From Piromyces finnis finn (taxonomy: Eukaryota; Fungi; Neocallimastigomycota), in contig MCFH01000036.1 in NCBI GenBank assembly GCA_002104945.1, positions 434,001 to 498,000 on the forward strand: a stretch of 64,000 nt of DNA, given 5' to 3'. The position numbers and the translations under genes are program-made. A model generated the notes under the pieces. It was given only the letters and a program-made list of their open reading frames with translations, did not search any database and was not told the DNA's origin. Positions 38,801 through 64,000 of this stretch are shown piece after piece (positions within the stretch are counted from its first letter, which is position 1; the number at the start of each line of letters is the position of its first letter).

Positions 38801-41800
38801 TATTACCAGGAACTACAGCTCCAATTTCAAGTTCAACATCACATATTTCAATACCAAAGGAACGTCAGATGTTATTTTATTTAACAAAAACGTATTTAAA
38901 TGCTCTTCCAAGATGTACCCCAACTGGCGTTGGATCTACCTGGATGCTTGAAACTATTGTAAAATATATATATCATATTGATGAGGGTATTAGAATGGCT
39001 TCCACTGAAGCATTAAAAAGAATTGCAAGAATAGATGATGAAAATGCAAAGAGATGGTGGCTTGACTCACCAAAGAAACATGGTAGTTTAATAAAAAAGA
39101 TCATGAGTCTATTTGAAAGTTCCCTTATAGTTTATAATGAAAGATTCCCTGAAATCCTTGTTAATTCTGTAGGTGATACAAATGAGGGATATGGAGGATA
39201 CAATTTACATAGTATTAATAAGTTATTTGTAGAATTATTAGAAATTTTAGTAGACGATGTTAAAAAGGAGAATAGTGATTTTTCTAATGATGAATTAATA
39301 AATATGATCGGAAAAATTGAAGGTCGTGGTTTATTATTACTATCTAGTTGTCTTTCAAATATTAGGAAGCGTGGTATAGAAATATTAAAATTATCTCAAC
39401 AATTAGAAAAAATTCGTAAAGAAAGATTTATTGATGAAAAACAAAAACATGAATTAAACTCTGTTAATGTTAATAACCCAAATAGGTATAATACCTCAAA
39501 TAAGATTTCTGAAGAAAATAAAGAAGTAAGTAATTTAATATATAAACCTATTTATATATTATGTTAAACAGAATAAATTTTAATAAATAAATATTTTTTT
39601 TTTTTTTTTTTTTTTTTGAATAAAGTATTGTAGCATTATAACTCTTATGGAAAATATTGGTCCAGAATTAGTTAAAAAACATTATCATGATCCGGTATTA
39701 GCTACAAGCTCCCGTACTGAATTTCATAAGTTTCAACAAAGACAAAGACAACAAAGTGTTTTACGAGAACTTGAAAATAAAGATTCCTTAATTCGTATTG
39801 CCGAAAGTGAAGAACAATCATATATTGCTATATGGTCTCGTTGTTATCCTGATCTTATTAGAGGATGCTTTAATTCATGTTCTCCTATTACTATTGCTAA
39901 TTGTTTAGCTAGTTCTGGTTCCCGTCTTTTCCAATTGATGCCATATATAACAATATCATTGGATCAATATCAAGGTAAAACCTCAAATAATACAGTCAAG
40001 TGGTCTCAAAGTAATAATTGGAATGTTGTTAGACCAATGTCATTAATTAATGTTACAAATGAAATGATTGAACAGTGGAAATTCTATTTAATTTATATTG
40101 CTTCAACAATTGAAGTTTGGAATTCATTACGTTCTCCTATGCCACAGGTAATGGCTATTAGAAAACAAATAGAAGATAATGGTAGTAAAAAAATTAATGT
40201 AACAAGAGCTGAACAATTATTTAAACATATTGCCCCTCTTTTGTCATGTGAAAAAATTACAATTAGACAATCAGCTGTTCTTGCATTTGGTTGTATTAAT
40301 TCTTTATCATATAAAACATTATTAGAAATTTTACAAACATATATTAAAAATGTATTAGATGATGTAAGAACAAAATACCCATTAGATCCAAAAACTTACT
40401 CATCTGTTAGACGTAGTAGTACTAGTACATATCAAGGAAAAAGATTAGAACGTTTAAGAATGGAGTTAGCACATATTTTTTCTTTAATTGCTGATTTTAT
40501 TACATATGAACAATGTAGAAGTAATGATAAAATTATGGATAGTGTTAGAACTTATATTATTGAGATGATAAAATTTTTATCTGATAATTACATTCAATTT
40601 GAATGGGATCATCAAATGTTAAGATACTATTTCTGTGGTTTTATTGAAAGATTATATGATAATTTAGTTATTACTATTACAAATTTAAAATCTGCCCAAT
40701 TAGAAAGTAAGACTGAAACAGAAAAATTGCAAATTGAAGTTGAAATTAAAAAATTGAAAAGCTTCTTAACATTTGATACTAGATACCAACTTTTCAAATT
40801 ATTTGAAAATTGGTGTGGATATGGGCAATTAAGTTCTTCTACTAGAGATCGAGAAGCAAGAATGATGATGAGTGTTTTATCCCAAGTTAAAGATGGTAGA
40901 GAGAAAGGTGCATTAACAACAACTATGGAGGAACAACGTAAAGCACTAGAAATGGCAGCTTTGAAAGCGATGTCTTGTTTATGTAAAGGTGAAATAATTG
41001 ATAATCAAACAGCTGCTAGTTTTGATTTAAATTCATTATTCTTTTGGATTGATTCTATCTTTTCAAGTCCAGATGAAAAATTCCATGTAATTTCAAAATC
41101 ATCCCTGAAGTCTCTTTTAATATATAATCCTAACCAACCCAAATTATTAGAGAGTATAATTAGAAAATGCTATACCGGCTTAGGAAATATTTCTCAAGGA
41201 TATTTCACAGCCATTGTTCAAATATTCTATACCATTGATGATTATCCATGTAAATTAAATCAAATGTTAACATTAACACTATATAAAATAAGTGATCCAG
41301 ATATTTCTATTAGAAGAAATGCAATTCAACTTTTAAAGGTATTAGAGAGTCGATTTTTAAATGTTAATTGGGTAGAAGAATATGAATCTGCAATAGGATT
41401 AAGTTCGTTACCTATTATATATAAGAATGCTCAATTAGCTATTTCATCTCGTTTAGCTAAACTTTTACCTCATCTTACTTGTGAAATGATTTCCGAAATT
41501 ACTTTTTGTATTGAACTTGTTTCCTCCTTTGATATAACCAATTATCCATATAGTGATGTTAGAAATATGTTTGAATTCTTATTACCATGGGTTAGAAATA
41601 TTAATTTAGCAAATGAAAAAGATGAAGAAGCCTTTAGTAAAAAATATCAAGTTGTACAAGCGCAACAGCGTATTAATACCAAAAGACATCCTATTCTTAG
41701 TGGATCTGATGTAATGTTAACAAATCTTTTTTATTTGACAATAAAATTTGGTAATGATTATTATTCAGAAATGGAACAAATATGGAGTAATTTAATTGAC

Positions 41801-44800
41801 ATGGATGGCAGTCCTAAGGATATTCAAAATCCACAAATATTTAATGATAATTTAAATAAAAATATATCAATTATTATTGATTTTTTACTTTCAATAGGTG
41901 TACGTAAACGTAATCCAGCTTTTGTATTATATTCTAAAAAAATTATTGTATATATCAGTAGAACTTATGCCTGTAAAAATTTGATTGATACATTAATAGA
42001 AAACATTACTCCTATAACACTAATTCCTGAAATAGGTACAAATACATCTAATGCCAATACACCATTAAATAATGTAAATGATATTAAACCAAGTATTGAT
42101 ATATTTAATAGTAATGTAGTCATTGAAAATATTAATGAAAGAAATGGAAAAATACCAATATATGTAGCCGATCTTGATAATGTTCTATTAGAAATGCCAA
42201 AAAGACCGGCATTTTCTAAAGGTCAATTGGCAGCTGTTCTTTTTGTTGATGCCGCAATAGAAATAGGAAATATACTCCTTCCAAACCTACCAATTTTATT
42301 ACATGTTATAATTGTTCAATTAGATCATTTTATAACATTAATATGTGAACAAAGTCGTTTATTATTATTAAATTTAATTCAGGGTATATTGCCTAAATCT
42401 GTTAGAACTGAAAAGGTAAATTCAGTAATATCATTACTAATTGAAAAAGAAGGTAAGAGAATGTGGTCATATGAAGATGTTTCTGGAAAGAATAGAAACA
42501 TTCAAAGCTCAAAAGAACTTTCTACATTTGTAGAAGATTTAATTGAAATATTTTACAATATTGATCCAAATCTTAGACAAACTTGGGGTACTTTAGCTAT
42601 TGAATGGGGAACATCATGCCCAGTTAGACATGTTGCATGTAGATCTTTCCAAATATTCCGCACTTTGATGCCAATGCTTAATCAAAAAATTATGGGTAAT
42701 TTATTTGTTCGTTTATCATATACTTTAGGTGATATTAAAGAAGAAATTCAAGGATTTGCATATGAAATTTTAATTACTTTGAATGCAATGATCACATCAA
42801 TGAGTGAAGAAGAAATACTAGCATTTCCACAATTCTTCTGGGCATGTGTAGCTATTTTGTATGGCCCTCATGAATGGGAATATTTAGAGGGTGTGGTTAT
42901 GTTGGAAAAAATATTAAATAAAATTTCATTAAATGATTCTAAAGTTAGTAATATTATGCTAATTAATCTTCCAACAAGATGGAAAGGACAATTTAATGGA
43001 TTGCAAATGCTCTTACTTAAAGGTTTAAATAGCTCTTTAACTGAAAAACATAGTCTAAATTTAATTAATAAAATTGCATTATTAGAACAAGATGACTTTG
43101 TAGATAAATCCAATGGTAGAGTTTTGTTTAGTATATTAGCTAATTTACCAAATTTACTTTTAGCTCTTGAATATTCAACTCGCAATAAAAGTAATGTTAC
43201 TAGTAATATTAATGTAAATAACTCTGGACATAATAATAATAAAAATGAAAATTTATCACATGAAGCAGATCTAAAAGAAAATTTTAATGTTGATAAATGT
43301 TTAGAAATTGCTGGCTTATTAGCTGAACTATCAGAAATGAAAAAATATTCTACTATCGCAAAATTAATGGAATCATATTCAAAGCAAAGATTTAGAGATT
43401 TTCAAGATTTCTTAACGAAGTTTATTAATTCCATTAGAGAAATTTGGTTCCCAGCGTATGAACTTCAAACTTTGCAATTATTAATGGGACTCTTATCTAA
43501 CAGTAATATTGATTATCGTCGCATGACTCTTAAAGTCTTGAAAATATTATTACCATATATTAATAGTCGTAAACAGTATTCTGCTCTTGAAGGAATTGAA
43601 GAAGCTTTGGTATCACCACTTTTAAGTCTTTTACGTACTGAATTAAGTAATGAAGCCTTAGAAGTATTAGATGAAGCTATGAAATTTACTGACTGTAAGC
43701 GTGATATAATAAGTATTGCTGAAAAGCACTCATTAAAAAGTATATCCAGCATTACACAAAATATTAACAAAGAAGTTGATGAAAGCACTGGTTGGAGTGT
43801 AAGCGACCCGGAAACAGCTTCAGAATATATTAAATATAATATGGCCGGTGTTAGTTTTATTGGTCATAGTAATCAAGAAATTTATTCTGTATTTGGTAAA
43901 AAATCAAATCAACAATCATTTGATTCAAATAATGAGTTACAGTTATTACAACCTCAAGAAAATCAAATAGATATTGAAGAAGTGAATGTAATAAATATAT
44001 TAGATGATTTAGATGAATTTTTCGATGAACTCTATGAAAATCAAAACACCGAACTTCAAACAGAAGGTAAAATTGATAAATATAATATATTGAAAATTTA
44101 ATATTGAAAAATAATATAGTTAATAATAATTACAATTAATAATTAAAATAACAAACTTTAATAAATAACATTTCTTATTTTTTGTAATTGTAATAGATAT
44201 ATATACCATACAACCATATACAGAAAAAGATATTTCATATGAATTATCTAATAATAATATTGCATCTTTATCTTATTCTCCAATTTTGCGATTATTATTG
44301 TCATCTCCACAGATTGTAAAAATAGTTCTTAAATTGTATAAACCATATACTGATAATAATCAAGCAGCAATTGCTTCTTTGCTTATTTCAGAATTTACTA
44401 CTTTATTAGGAATATCAATAGACCAATTTTATATTTCTGATTATTCTGATACTACATTAGGTAATGATGAAACCTTAAATTACAATTCCTTAATTGCAAT
44501 CAATTTCCCATCAAATGAAAGATACAACATTACTGAAAACATTAAGCATTCGGAAACTATTTTAAATATTATTTCAAATATTAATAATCCTCAACTTTAT
44601 CAAGGAGTATTAACTTCAGTTATTGATAAATCTTATCAACCAAAAATATTTATAGGTAATTTATATTTATCTATATATTTATTTATTTACTTATTTATCA
44701 ATTCAATAACTTACAGAATTTTAAATATATTAATTTTTAAATTTTTTATTTTACTTTATTTTATTTATTTTTTCTTTTATGCAACATTAAATAGAAGTAC

Positions 44801-45654
44801 AAGGTTTTAACTTACCATATAATCCTGGTGATTTAACTGTAAATGAATTATCATTATTATCTAATAATTATGAAATTTTTCAAGAAATCAATTCAACAAG
44901 ATATTTAAGTGATGAAATTAAAGAACTTAGAGCCATTTTTAAAAGTTTCCCTATTAGTTTCCAAGTTACTAATGAATTCTATGACGAATTAGTTCAATTA
45001 TTAAAAAATTGTAATGATTCTAATGAAAATACTGGTGATACATATTTCGATAAAATTGCTGAAAATCTGCAATTAGTTAGAAATTCTGCAAATCATCCAT
45101 TATATTGGCCACCATTAACTGATGCTATTATTGATAATGCAAAGATTGAAAATATAGCGACATCATTTTATCAATTACAACAGGTAATATTTTTAATTTT
45201 ATTTTAGAAATAAATGTAATAAATAATTAATTTATATTTTATTTTTATCTGTAATTTAAAATTAAAAAGGAGGATAATGAAATTGCAGACATATTTATGC
45301 ATCACTATTCAAAATATATAATAAATATAAATGATCAATTTCAACCTTACATAACTAAACGTAAAGAAGTTTTAAGAATATATCAAGAAAAAGATAATAT
45401 TAACATAAAGGAAAATATAAGATTATTAGTATTACAATTAATGGAATTATTTAAAATTGTTCTTGAATTTCAAGGTTTATTAGAACAATTCCTACAGATA
45501 ACTGAGGTAATATCAATTATAAAGTAGAAATGATTATAAATATAAATACATTTTATTAACCACTATTATTTTATTTATTTTGTAAAAATAGGATAGTCGT
45601 ATTCATCAATTAGCATTAATTATTATTTGCATAGATAATATCAATAATATTTAA
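35813..45654 (+). CDS. TAO3: Tao3/Mor2/Furry RAM-network scaffold (~14 exons, ~2,800 aa)
   Basis: The N-terminal exons give YPMEALEDTAEFL, IKHAYAEVFVELL and TTLLCVSRKDFFLNNW (MOR2-PAG1_N-like). The large exons contain WATSCP-like GTSCPVRHVACRSFQIFR. The in-frame GT-AG chain continues past the ORF-track stop at 44101 through exons ~44197-44655, 44794-45183, 45270-45506 and 45592-45654. Confidence 0.92.
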
Positions 45655-45901
45655 TAATAAAATATAATTATAATAATTATATTAAAGCGATAATACTAAA
45701 AGAAATCATTCAGTAAAATAATATAATAATAGTAATAATAATAATAAATAAATAAATAAATAATTGAAGTAATGAAATAAAAAAATACAATTTTAAAAAT
45801 ATATAATACAAAATAGTAATATAAACAATAAATAAATGTATAATTCTATTATATAAATAAAGAAATAACTTATTTAATAAAATAAATTATTAATAGTTAA
45901 T

Positions 45902-45948
<47 letters not shown>

Positions 45949-46098
45949 TATTTTACATTAAAAATTATAATTGGATTATTAAATATTAATCATAGTAAAA
46001 AAAAAAAAAATCTAAAATTAACTATAATATGTTGAATAAAAATTAAAAAGTTTTTTTGTTTGTTTGTTTTTTTTTATATAAGTATTAAAAGAAGCTAT

Positions 46099-48921
<2,823 letters not shown>

Positions 48922-49312
48922 ATTTATTACTTAAATTAATAAAAACTCTCGATCGAAAAAAATAATGAATATCAATAAAATAATTTGAAAAAAAATCTTT
49001 TTTTCAAATTTTATTTTTAAATATAATAATTAAAGTTAATATAGATATAAGAATATCTATTTATATTTTTAGCTATAATATATTTAAAATAAAATATAGA
49101 TATTATAGATAACAATACTACTACTTATTAGCATTATTAAGTCTATGAAAATATTTATAGACTTAAAACAGCTTGCTTTTCTGTTTCTTGATCAGTTTTA
49201 AATATAAGAAGTATCATTAATTACATCTACTATAATAATAAATATTTGAAGTTTTAATAAAAAAAAAAAAAAAATACTACAATAAAGTTGAACTTTTTTT
49301 ATTCAAAGCTAT

Positions 49313-49343
<31 letters not shown>

Positions 49344-49977
49344 TGATTTATATTGATGATAATAATGATATTAAATAGAGCCTTATTACATTAAAATGAT
49401 TATAATTACTAAATATTCTTGGATATATTATTTCAAGAAAGCATATTGCTATATAAATAGTTACAAATGTCATTAACTCTAATAATTATTAAAACAAAAT
49501 ATTATTCTATTCATTATCAATATTTAAAGTTTAAATTTATAACAGTGTGTTGGTAAAATGTTAAATCACTATAAAAAATATCAAAAAATATTATTTTATT
49601 TCATAGGAAAAAATAATATTATAAAATTTAATATGTTTATTTTCCAACAAGACTGATTTTAAAATGTTTTAAAAAGGTTATTTACATTTAAAAAAAATTT
49701 TTTTTTAATTTTTTTTTATTATTTATTATTTTTATTATTGTTGTTGTTTTGTTACTGTTATTATTATTTATATTGATATTAATAATGAAAAAGAAAAAAG
49801 AGAAAAAAAGTGATATTTTCTTTTCAATTTAAGTTAACTAGATTATGTATTTTATATATTAAAAATCTATAATTATAACAATTTGATATGCTTAATAATA
49901 AATTAATTAAATATGTATGTTAAGGAAATAGTAAATGAAAAATATTTAAAAAAAAAAAAGATAAAAAAATTAATTGT

Positions 49978-51723
49978 TTAATCGCCATCACTATTGTCAT
50001 CGAAATCATCATCTATATCCGATTTTTCATCGTTATTTTCTTCATCCTCCTTGTCTTTATCCCAATCTTTTATAGATGCATTCATTCCATAATTATCACT
50101 AAATACATTCCATGCTGGCTCATTTGATTCTGAATTATCATTGTTATTGTTTGTAGCTTTCTCTTTAGATAATTTTTGTTTATTTGTTTCTTGTAACATA
50201 TCCATAAAACTCTTTTTAGCAACCTCAACTTTGATTTTTAAATAAAATTATTTTTCATTAAAATAATAAATATTAATACAAAAGATAAAGAAAATAATAA
50301 TAAATGAAAAAAACAAAATAAAAATAAAATACCTTTCGGTTTTTTATTTGTTACTAATGTATGTACTTCATTTGACTTCTCCTGTGCTGTTTTAATAGCA
50401 TTGAATAACTTTACAACTATTAAAAAAAATATCATATTAGTACATAATTAATTGATTGGTCATGTTTTATAATATAACAATAAAAGCTTTTGTAGTCTTT
50501 ATATATTTACCACCACGAGTAGCTAATTTTCTTAATTTTTTCTCATATTCAAATGTAGTGAAATCAGGTATTACTCTGTCTTTTTCCTCTAATCTTTTTC
50601 TTTCAGCTGTTAATGCTTTTCTTGCTTTATAATCTAATTTTTCATCCTCAATTTTTTGTTCAATTTCTTTAGCTTTAGCTAAAATTGGCTTTTAATATTA
50701 AAAATTAATAATTATATTAGTATAATATTTTATTTTTAAAAATTCTTTAAAATAATTTTAAAGTATATATAAATTATTTTCTCTTTTTAGAATATTTTAA
50801 TTATTAAACTATTAAATTTCATTAAACCATGATCGTATTAATACCTTTTCATTTATATCTGTGTTTAAAATTCTTGACATAACACTTGCCAAAGCAATAT
50901 TTCTACCTTGAGCATCTTTAAAAATAAAAATAACCATTAAAAAAATAAATATTAATATTTTATGCTTATTATATAACATAGTTAATATTAACTATTACGA
51001 TTAATGAAATTTTCTATTGTAGATTATTATTACTATTATTATTATTATTATTATTATTTTATAAATTATAATGGTTTCCATAGCAAAATGTTTAATAAAT
51101 ATTTTTGAACTTTAATTGGCAATTTATAAACATGAATATTAGAAAAAGTGATTTTCAAATAATTAAACATCAACATATAACTTTAAATAATTCAAGAATT
51201 TGAAAAATTGTACTTAAACGTTATATTGTCTTTTTTTAATTCTGAATCATATATATAATTTTATTTATACTTATATGTAGTCTTCCTCAAAATATCAATG
51301 TTTAAATTTTTAACTCATTTTAGAAATTAAATAATATTTAACTCATTTTTATATAATATTTTCTTTAAATTAAAATATTCTTTGGTTTTTAAATGCATTT
51401 TGAAATTTTAAATTGAATACTTTGTTGTTTCATTTTAAAAAATCACATCTACAGAAACTTTAAAAATTTATAATTTTATTCCTCGCATAAATATTTTCCA
51501 ATTCTTCTTTAAATACATATATATAAAAAGTGAAGAAAAAAATTGTTTTAATACCAGTATTTTTTTCATTTTCTTCATCTTCATCTTCATCACTCATTTC
51601 ATCATTTAATTCATCATCATCATCAGTATCAATATCATCATTTAATGAAACTTGATTGTCATTTAACATATTTTTGACATCTTCATCTTCTACATCTAAT
51701 TCATCTTGATATTTTCTCTTCAT
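49978..51723 (-). CDS. RRP15: Pre-60S ribosome biogenesis factor Rrp15 (5 exons)
   Basis: An acidic N-terminus is followed by ALASVMSRIL, PILAKAK, KDRVIPD and YEKKLRKLATRG|VVKLFNAIKTAQ (Rrp15 signature), then KKSFMDML and PAWNVFSDNYGM. Confidence 0.9.
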
Positions 51724-51893
51724 TTTTATTGATTTTTATTATATTTAAAAAAATATATATAAAAATTATAGTACAATTTCTATTGTATCAAATTTTAATA
51801 TTTCTTTATTCTTATTAATATTTAATACAATTTTTAAAAAAATTGAAAATTGTAAATTTAAAAAAAAAATATATTTTATTTTATTTAAATAAT

Positions 51894-51901
51894 ATGATTG
51901 G
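51894..51901 (-). promoter_or_regulatory. CCAAT box (ATGATTGG) upstream of RRP15
   Basis: Lies ~170 bp upstream of the RRP15 ATG, in the RRP15/CHY divergent region. Confidence 0.45.
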
Positions 51902-52612
51902 ATGTTTAATTTGGCTATTATATAATTTATTATAAATATTAAAATTTTAAATAATATTTATATAATGCTAAATAAAAATAAATAATAGTAATGATAGGAT
52001 GAATAGAGATATTTTTATTTATTAAATAATATAAAAGCTAACATTAATTAATATAATTATTATAATTATAATTTTATAAATTTTATAATTTTTAATGTAT
52101 ACTAGTTGTATTATTCAATGTGGATTATTATTGCCACTTAAAACAGTTAATAACTAACTAAATATTAAATAATAATGATAGTGATAATAATAGTAATAAT
52201 AGTATTACGTTTATTATGATGATGTTGTTGATTTAGTATTATGTTAATTATAAAAGATTCTTAATATGAATAAAATGACATTATTTATATATATACAATC
52301 ATTCATACTACACTGTATTTTTTCATCTTTTCGTTATAAATAATTAAAGATAGTTTATTATAATAAAAAAATAATGTTTTTTTTTTTTTTCATCTATCTA
52401 TTTAATTATCCATTTTATACTTTATTAAAAGTAAACTTTATTAATTTTTCTTCGCTTTAATTTTTCCATTTAATTATTTAAATTAAAAATTTTTAATCCT
52501 TAATATATTATTTGATTTTTCTTAGAATAAATAAATTTTTATAAATTTTTATAATTATTCTTTCTTAATTTTTTTTAAAAAAAGTAAAAATTGTAAATTT
52601 TTATATAAAATA

Positions 52613-53400
52613 ATGTGTAAGCATATTCTTAACGCACAAGTCAGTATTAGGTAAATAAAGAAGAAATATATACATGTACTTTTTGATATATATTAAAATA
52701 TTTTTATAATTTTTTCTAATAAAAAGAAAATATTAAAGAGATATAATATAAATTAATATTTTGTAAACTGTTTTTTTAATTTATAATCATTTTGTTATAA
52801 AAATTATTATATATTGATATGATAAATAAAATTTATTTTTATAAAAAAAAAAAAATAAAAATAAAAGAGCTCCATGCTGTAAAAAATGGTTTGATTGTGC
52901 TGAATGCCACAATGAACAACAAAATCATCCACTCAGAAAAACTAATGAAATGGTTTTTGCTTGTAAAAAATGTAAAAAATGTTTCAGAAAGGATATGTTG
53001 TATGTATAATGTTTTTTTTTATTTATTTATTTATTTATTTATTTATTATTAATTGTAATAAGCTATTATATTTTCATATAATTTTAAATATTTTGTTATT
53101 ATTATAAATATAGAGTTTATGAAGAAGCTGATGAATATTGTCCAAATTGTGATAATCACTATGTTATTGAAGCTAAAACTCCACAAATGGCTATTGGTGT
53201 TGAGGGTGACGATGCTAGAATGGATAATAGGTAATAACTAATTTAATAGTTACATAATATCCTAAAAACGAGCTTTTGCAAACTAAAGATTTATCATTCA
53301 TTTAATTTTTTTTTATTATAGATTATTAAAGGATGAAAGAATGAAAATGATAAACAGTCTTGAACAAGAATTGGATTTATTAACCGAAAGATTAGGATAA
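52613..53400 (+). CDS. Small CHY-type zinc-finger protein (4 exons)
   Basis: Exons 52613-52650, 52868-53001, 53114-53230 and ~53321-53400 give MCKHILNAQVSIRAPCCKKWFDCAECHNEQQNHPL...FACKKCKKCFRKD...YCPNCDNHY, a CHY zinc-finger cysteine pattern. Confidence 0.88.
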
Positions 53401-54010
53401 ATAATTAAATTCTTTATAAAAAAAATAACAAATTTATATGCATATAAATATATAAATATTAAAAAATATATATATTCAAAAACATACAATCACTTTACAA
53501 AATAGCATAAAATCTATTCAAATCTAATATAATAATATATATCATATCATATATATAATGCTTTTATACAAATGCATATTAATTAATTTAATTTTCATAA
53601 TTCATAATTATCAGTAACAAATACTAAATTATTAAACAAAAAAATAAAAAAAAAAAAAAAGCGTCCATTAATTTAATGTGAATTTTTTTTATTATTATTT
53701 TATTATATATTATTAATGATAGTATATATTTGTCAAAATATATAATAAATTTAATAAGAATTAATTATATTTTATATTTTATAACCTTTTTTTAAAAGCA
53801 CAATACAATAATAAAAAGAAAATAGAAAATAATAATATAATAATATTATTATAATTATTATAAATATAGAAAAGAAACTAAATATAAAATCTTTATAGTA
53901 AATAAGTTTATTTAAAATAATATATATTATATATATTATATCAGTAATTATTTTCTTATTCTCATTTCTTTTTGTTTTTATTTTTTTTTAGCTTTTGTGA
54001 TAATAAAGAG

Positions 54011-62161
<8,151 letters not shown>

Positions 62162-62858
62162 TTTTATGATTATTTAATTTTTAATTGTAATAGGAAATTT
62201 TTCAAAAAAATTTTTTTTTTTTCTTTCTTTCTTCTTTATATATATATTTGATATTTATATATAATTTAAAATACTTTTTATGCTTAAAAATATATATATA
62301 TTAAAAAAATTAACTACTTTGTTTTAATGTTTTTTAATATATGGTTTGTACGTTTTTGTTTCTTACTATTTCAATTTAGCGTATAATTCAGTTTTAATGA
62401 TATTTACAATTTTAATTTACTCTATCCTCTATATATTCAATTTATATTTTGAAAATTATAAAGTTTTTTTTTTTTTTTACCATACAATTATTATAATTAT
62501 TACTATTACTGTTGTATTTTTTACTAGTAAAAAGTAAAATATATAATTTTTTTAATAAAAATAATGAATATAATTTTCCTTATAAAAAAAAAAAAATAAA
62601 GAATAAAATTAAAAGGTTTTGAAACTTCTTTTACAATAAACTTTAAAAATTTTTTTTGTATTTTATTCAATAATAGTAGTTCGTAATTGATGGATAAATG
62701 ATTAATAATAAAACAAATTAGAAAAATGAAGATATAATTATAAAATAATTATATATAATATGCTTTTAAAATAATGTACAAAAAGTTAAATATATAAAGA
62801 ATTTTCAAAAAAAAAAAAAAATATATATATATATATTTCATTTCTTTTTTTTTTTTTT

Positions 62859-62893
<35 letters not shown>

Positions 62894-63928
62894 ATTATAA
62901 TAATTTTAAATTTAGAATAATTATAGTCAACGTGGATAGTCCATAGCAAGAATAAATAATTATAGTGACATTGAATAAATGATATAAATTTAAACTAAAT
63001 ATTTTTTTTATTTATACTAAAAATAATAAAATAAACTTTATTATATAATAGCATTTAGTTTATTTAAAAAAATAAAAATAATAAATATATCATTCTATAT
63101 TTTATACATTAATCTTATTATTTTTATTTCAATAAACTTTAACCCAAAAGTATAATTATTTATAATATATTAATAATAAAAGGAATAGATTACTATATTT
63201 AAATATAGTCATAGTGAATTATAACATGCATCATACATAAATCATATTTTTCTATTTTTCTGTCTTTTTTTTTTTTTTATGCTATTATTTTTTCTTATAA
63301 AATATGTATAAACAATATTTATATATATATAATAATTAAGTTTATAATATGAATTAAAACTTTCTTGACAAAAGGTTATTTTCAAATCAGTTGTAGATAT
63401 TTTTTATTTTAATAAAATTTCTATTTATTTATTATTCTTATTTTTTTTTTAAAAAAAAAAAATGTACTTTGTATGCTAAATTTTATTTTTAAATGTGTAT
63501 TTATGATAAAAACAACAATGATATAATATTGCTTTTTATTAATAAATCATCAAAAAGAAAAAAAAAATAAATAAAATTTAGCTATAATTTTTCATACTTT
63601 TTATAAAATAAAAAAGATTTTATATTCTTTTTTTTTTTTTTTTGATTAACCAAATTAAAAATTATATATTTAAAATAAATAAGGCTTTTATTTTCAAAAA
63701 AAAAAAAATAATAATAATAATAATATATGAATTAATAATAAATTAATAAATGAAACTATAATTACATAACTTTATAGATTAAAAATAATTACTTGTTCAT
63801 TCAATTATTTAAAATTTAATTGTTATTACCCTCTTTTTTTTTTTAGTATTTTATAAAAAAAAAATGAATTTTTTTAATTAATTTTTAAAAAAAGTTTATT
63901 TGGTAATATTATAAAAATATTATTCGTT

Positions 63929-64000
63929 GGGCTCAACCGGGAATTGAACCCGGGACCTCTCACACCCGAAGCGAGAATCATACTACTAGACCATTGAGCC
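63929..64000 (-). tRNA. tRNA-Pro (anticodon CGG), intronless, 72 nt
   Basis: The minus strand reads GGCTCAATGGTCTAGTAGTATGATTCTCGCTT-CGG-GTGTGAGAGGTCCCGGGTTCAATTCCCGGTTGAGCCC. It has a 7-bp acceptor stem, a GTTCAA T-loop and a downstream T5 Pol III terminator at ~63916-63912. The 5' end coincides with the window edge. Confidence 0.96.

Overview
Gene-dense, extremely AT-rich eukaryotic DNA with many short GT-AG introns and long homopolymer and microsatellite tracts. The composition and gene style fit an anaerobic gut fungus (Neocallimastigomycota; inferred, not proven). Thirteen intact protein-coding genes were reconstructed by hand-splicing: a Gcn4/CpcA-like bZIP factor, GNA1, Nup2/Nup50, RPL2 (uL2), a Zn2Cys6 transcription factor, an HRI-type eIF2-alpha kinase, GAA1, PPP4R2/Psy4, NCL1/NSUN2, TAO3/Mor2/Furry, a 7TM-RGS fusion, RRP15 and a CHY zinc finger. 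There is also a ~2,600-aa Asn-rich orphan gene and a tRNA-Pro(CGG). No CRISPR array, intact transposon or biosynthetic cluster is supported. The best leads are: (i) an unexplained structured GC-rich island with a tandemly reiterated, poly(A)-joined tail downstream of RPL2; (ii) an HRI kinase lacking the known haem ligands; (iii) a GCN4 leader intron whose retention would create a uORF; (iv) the 7TM-RGS fusion; (v) the giant Asn-rich protein with a compact spliced C-terminal domain. Exon coordinates were read by eye and may be off by a few bases.
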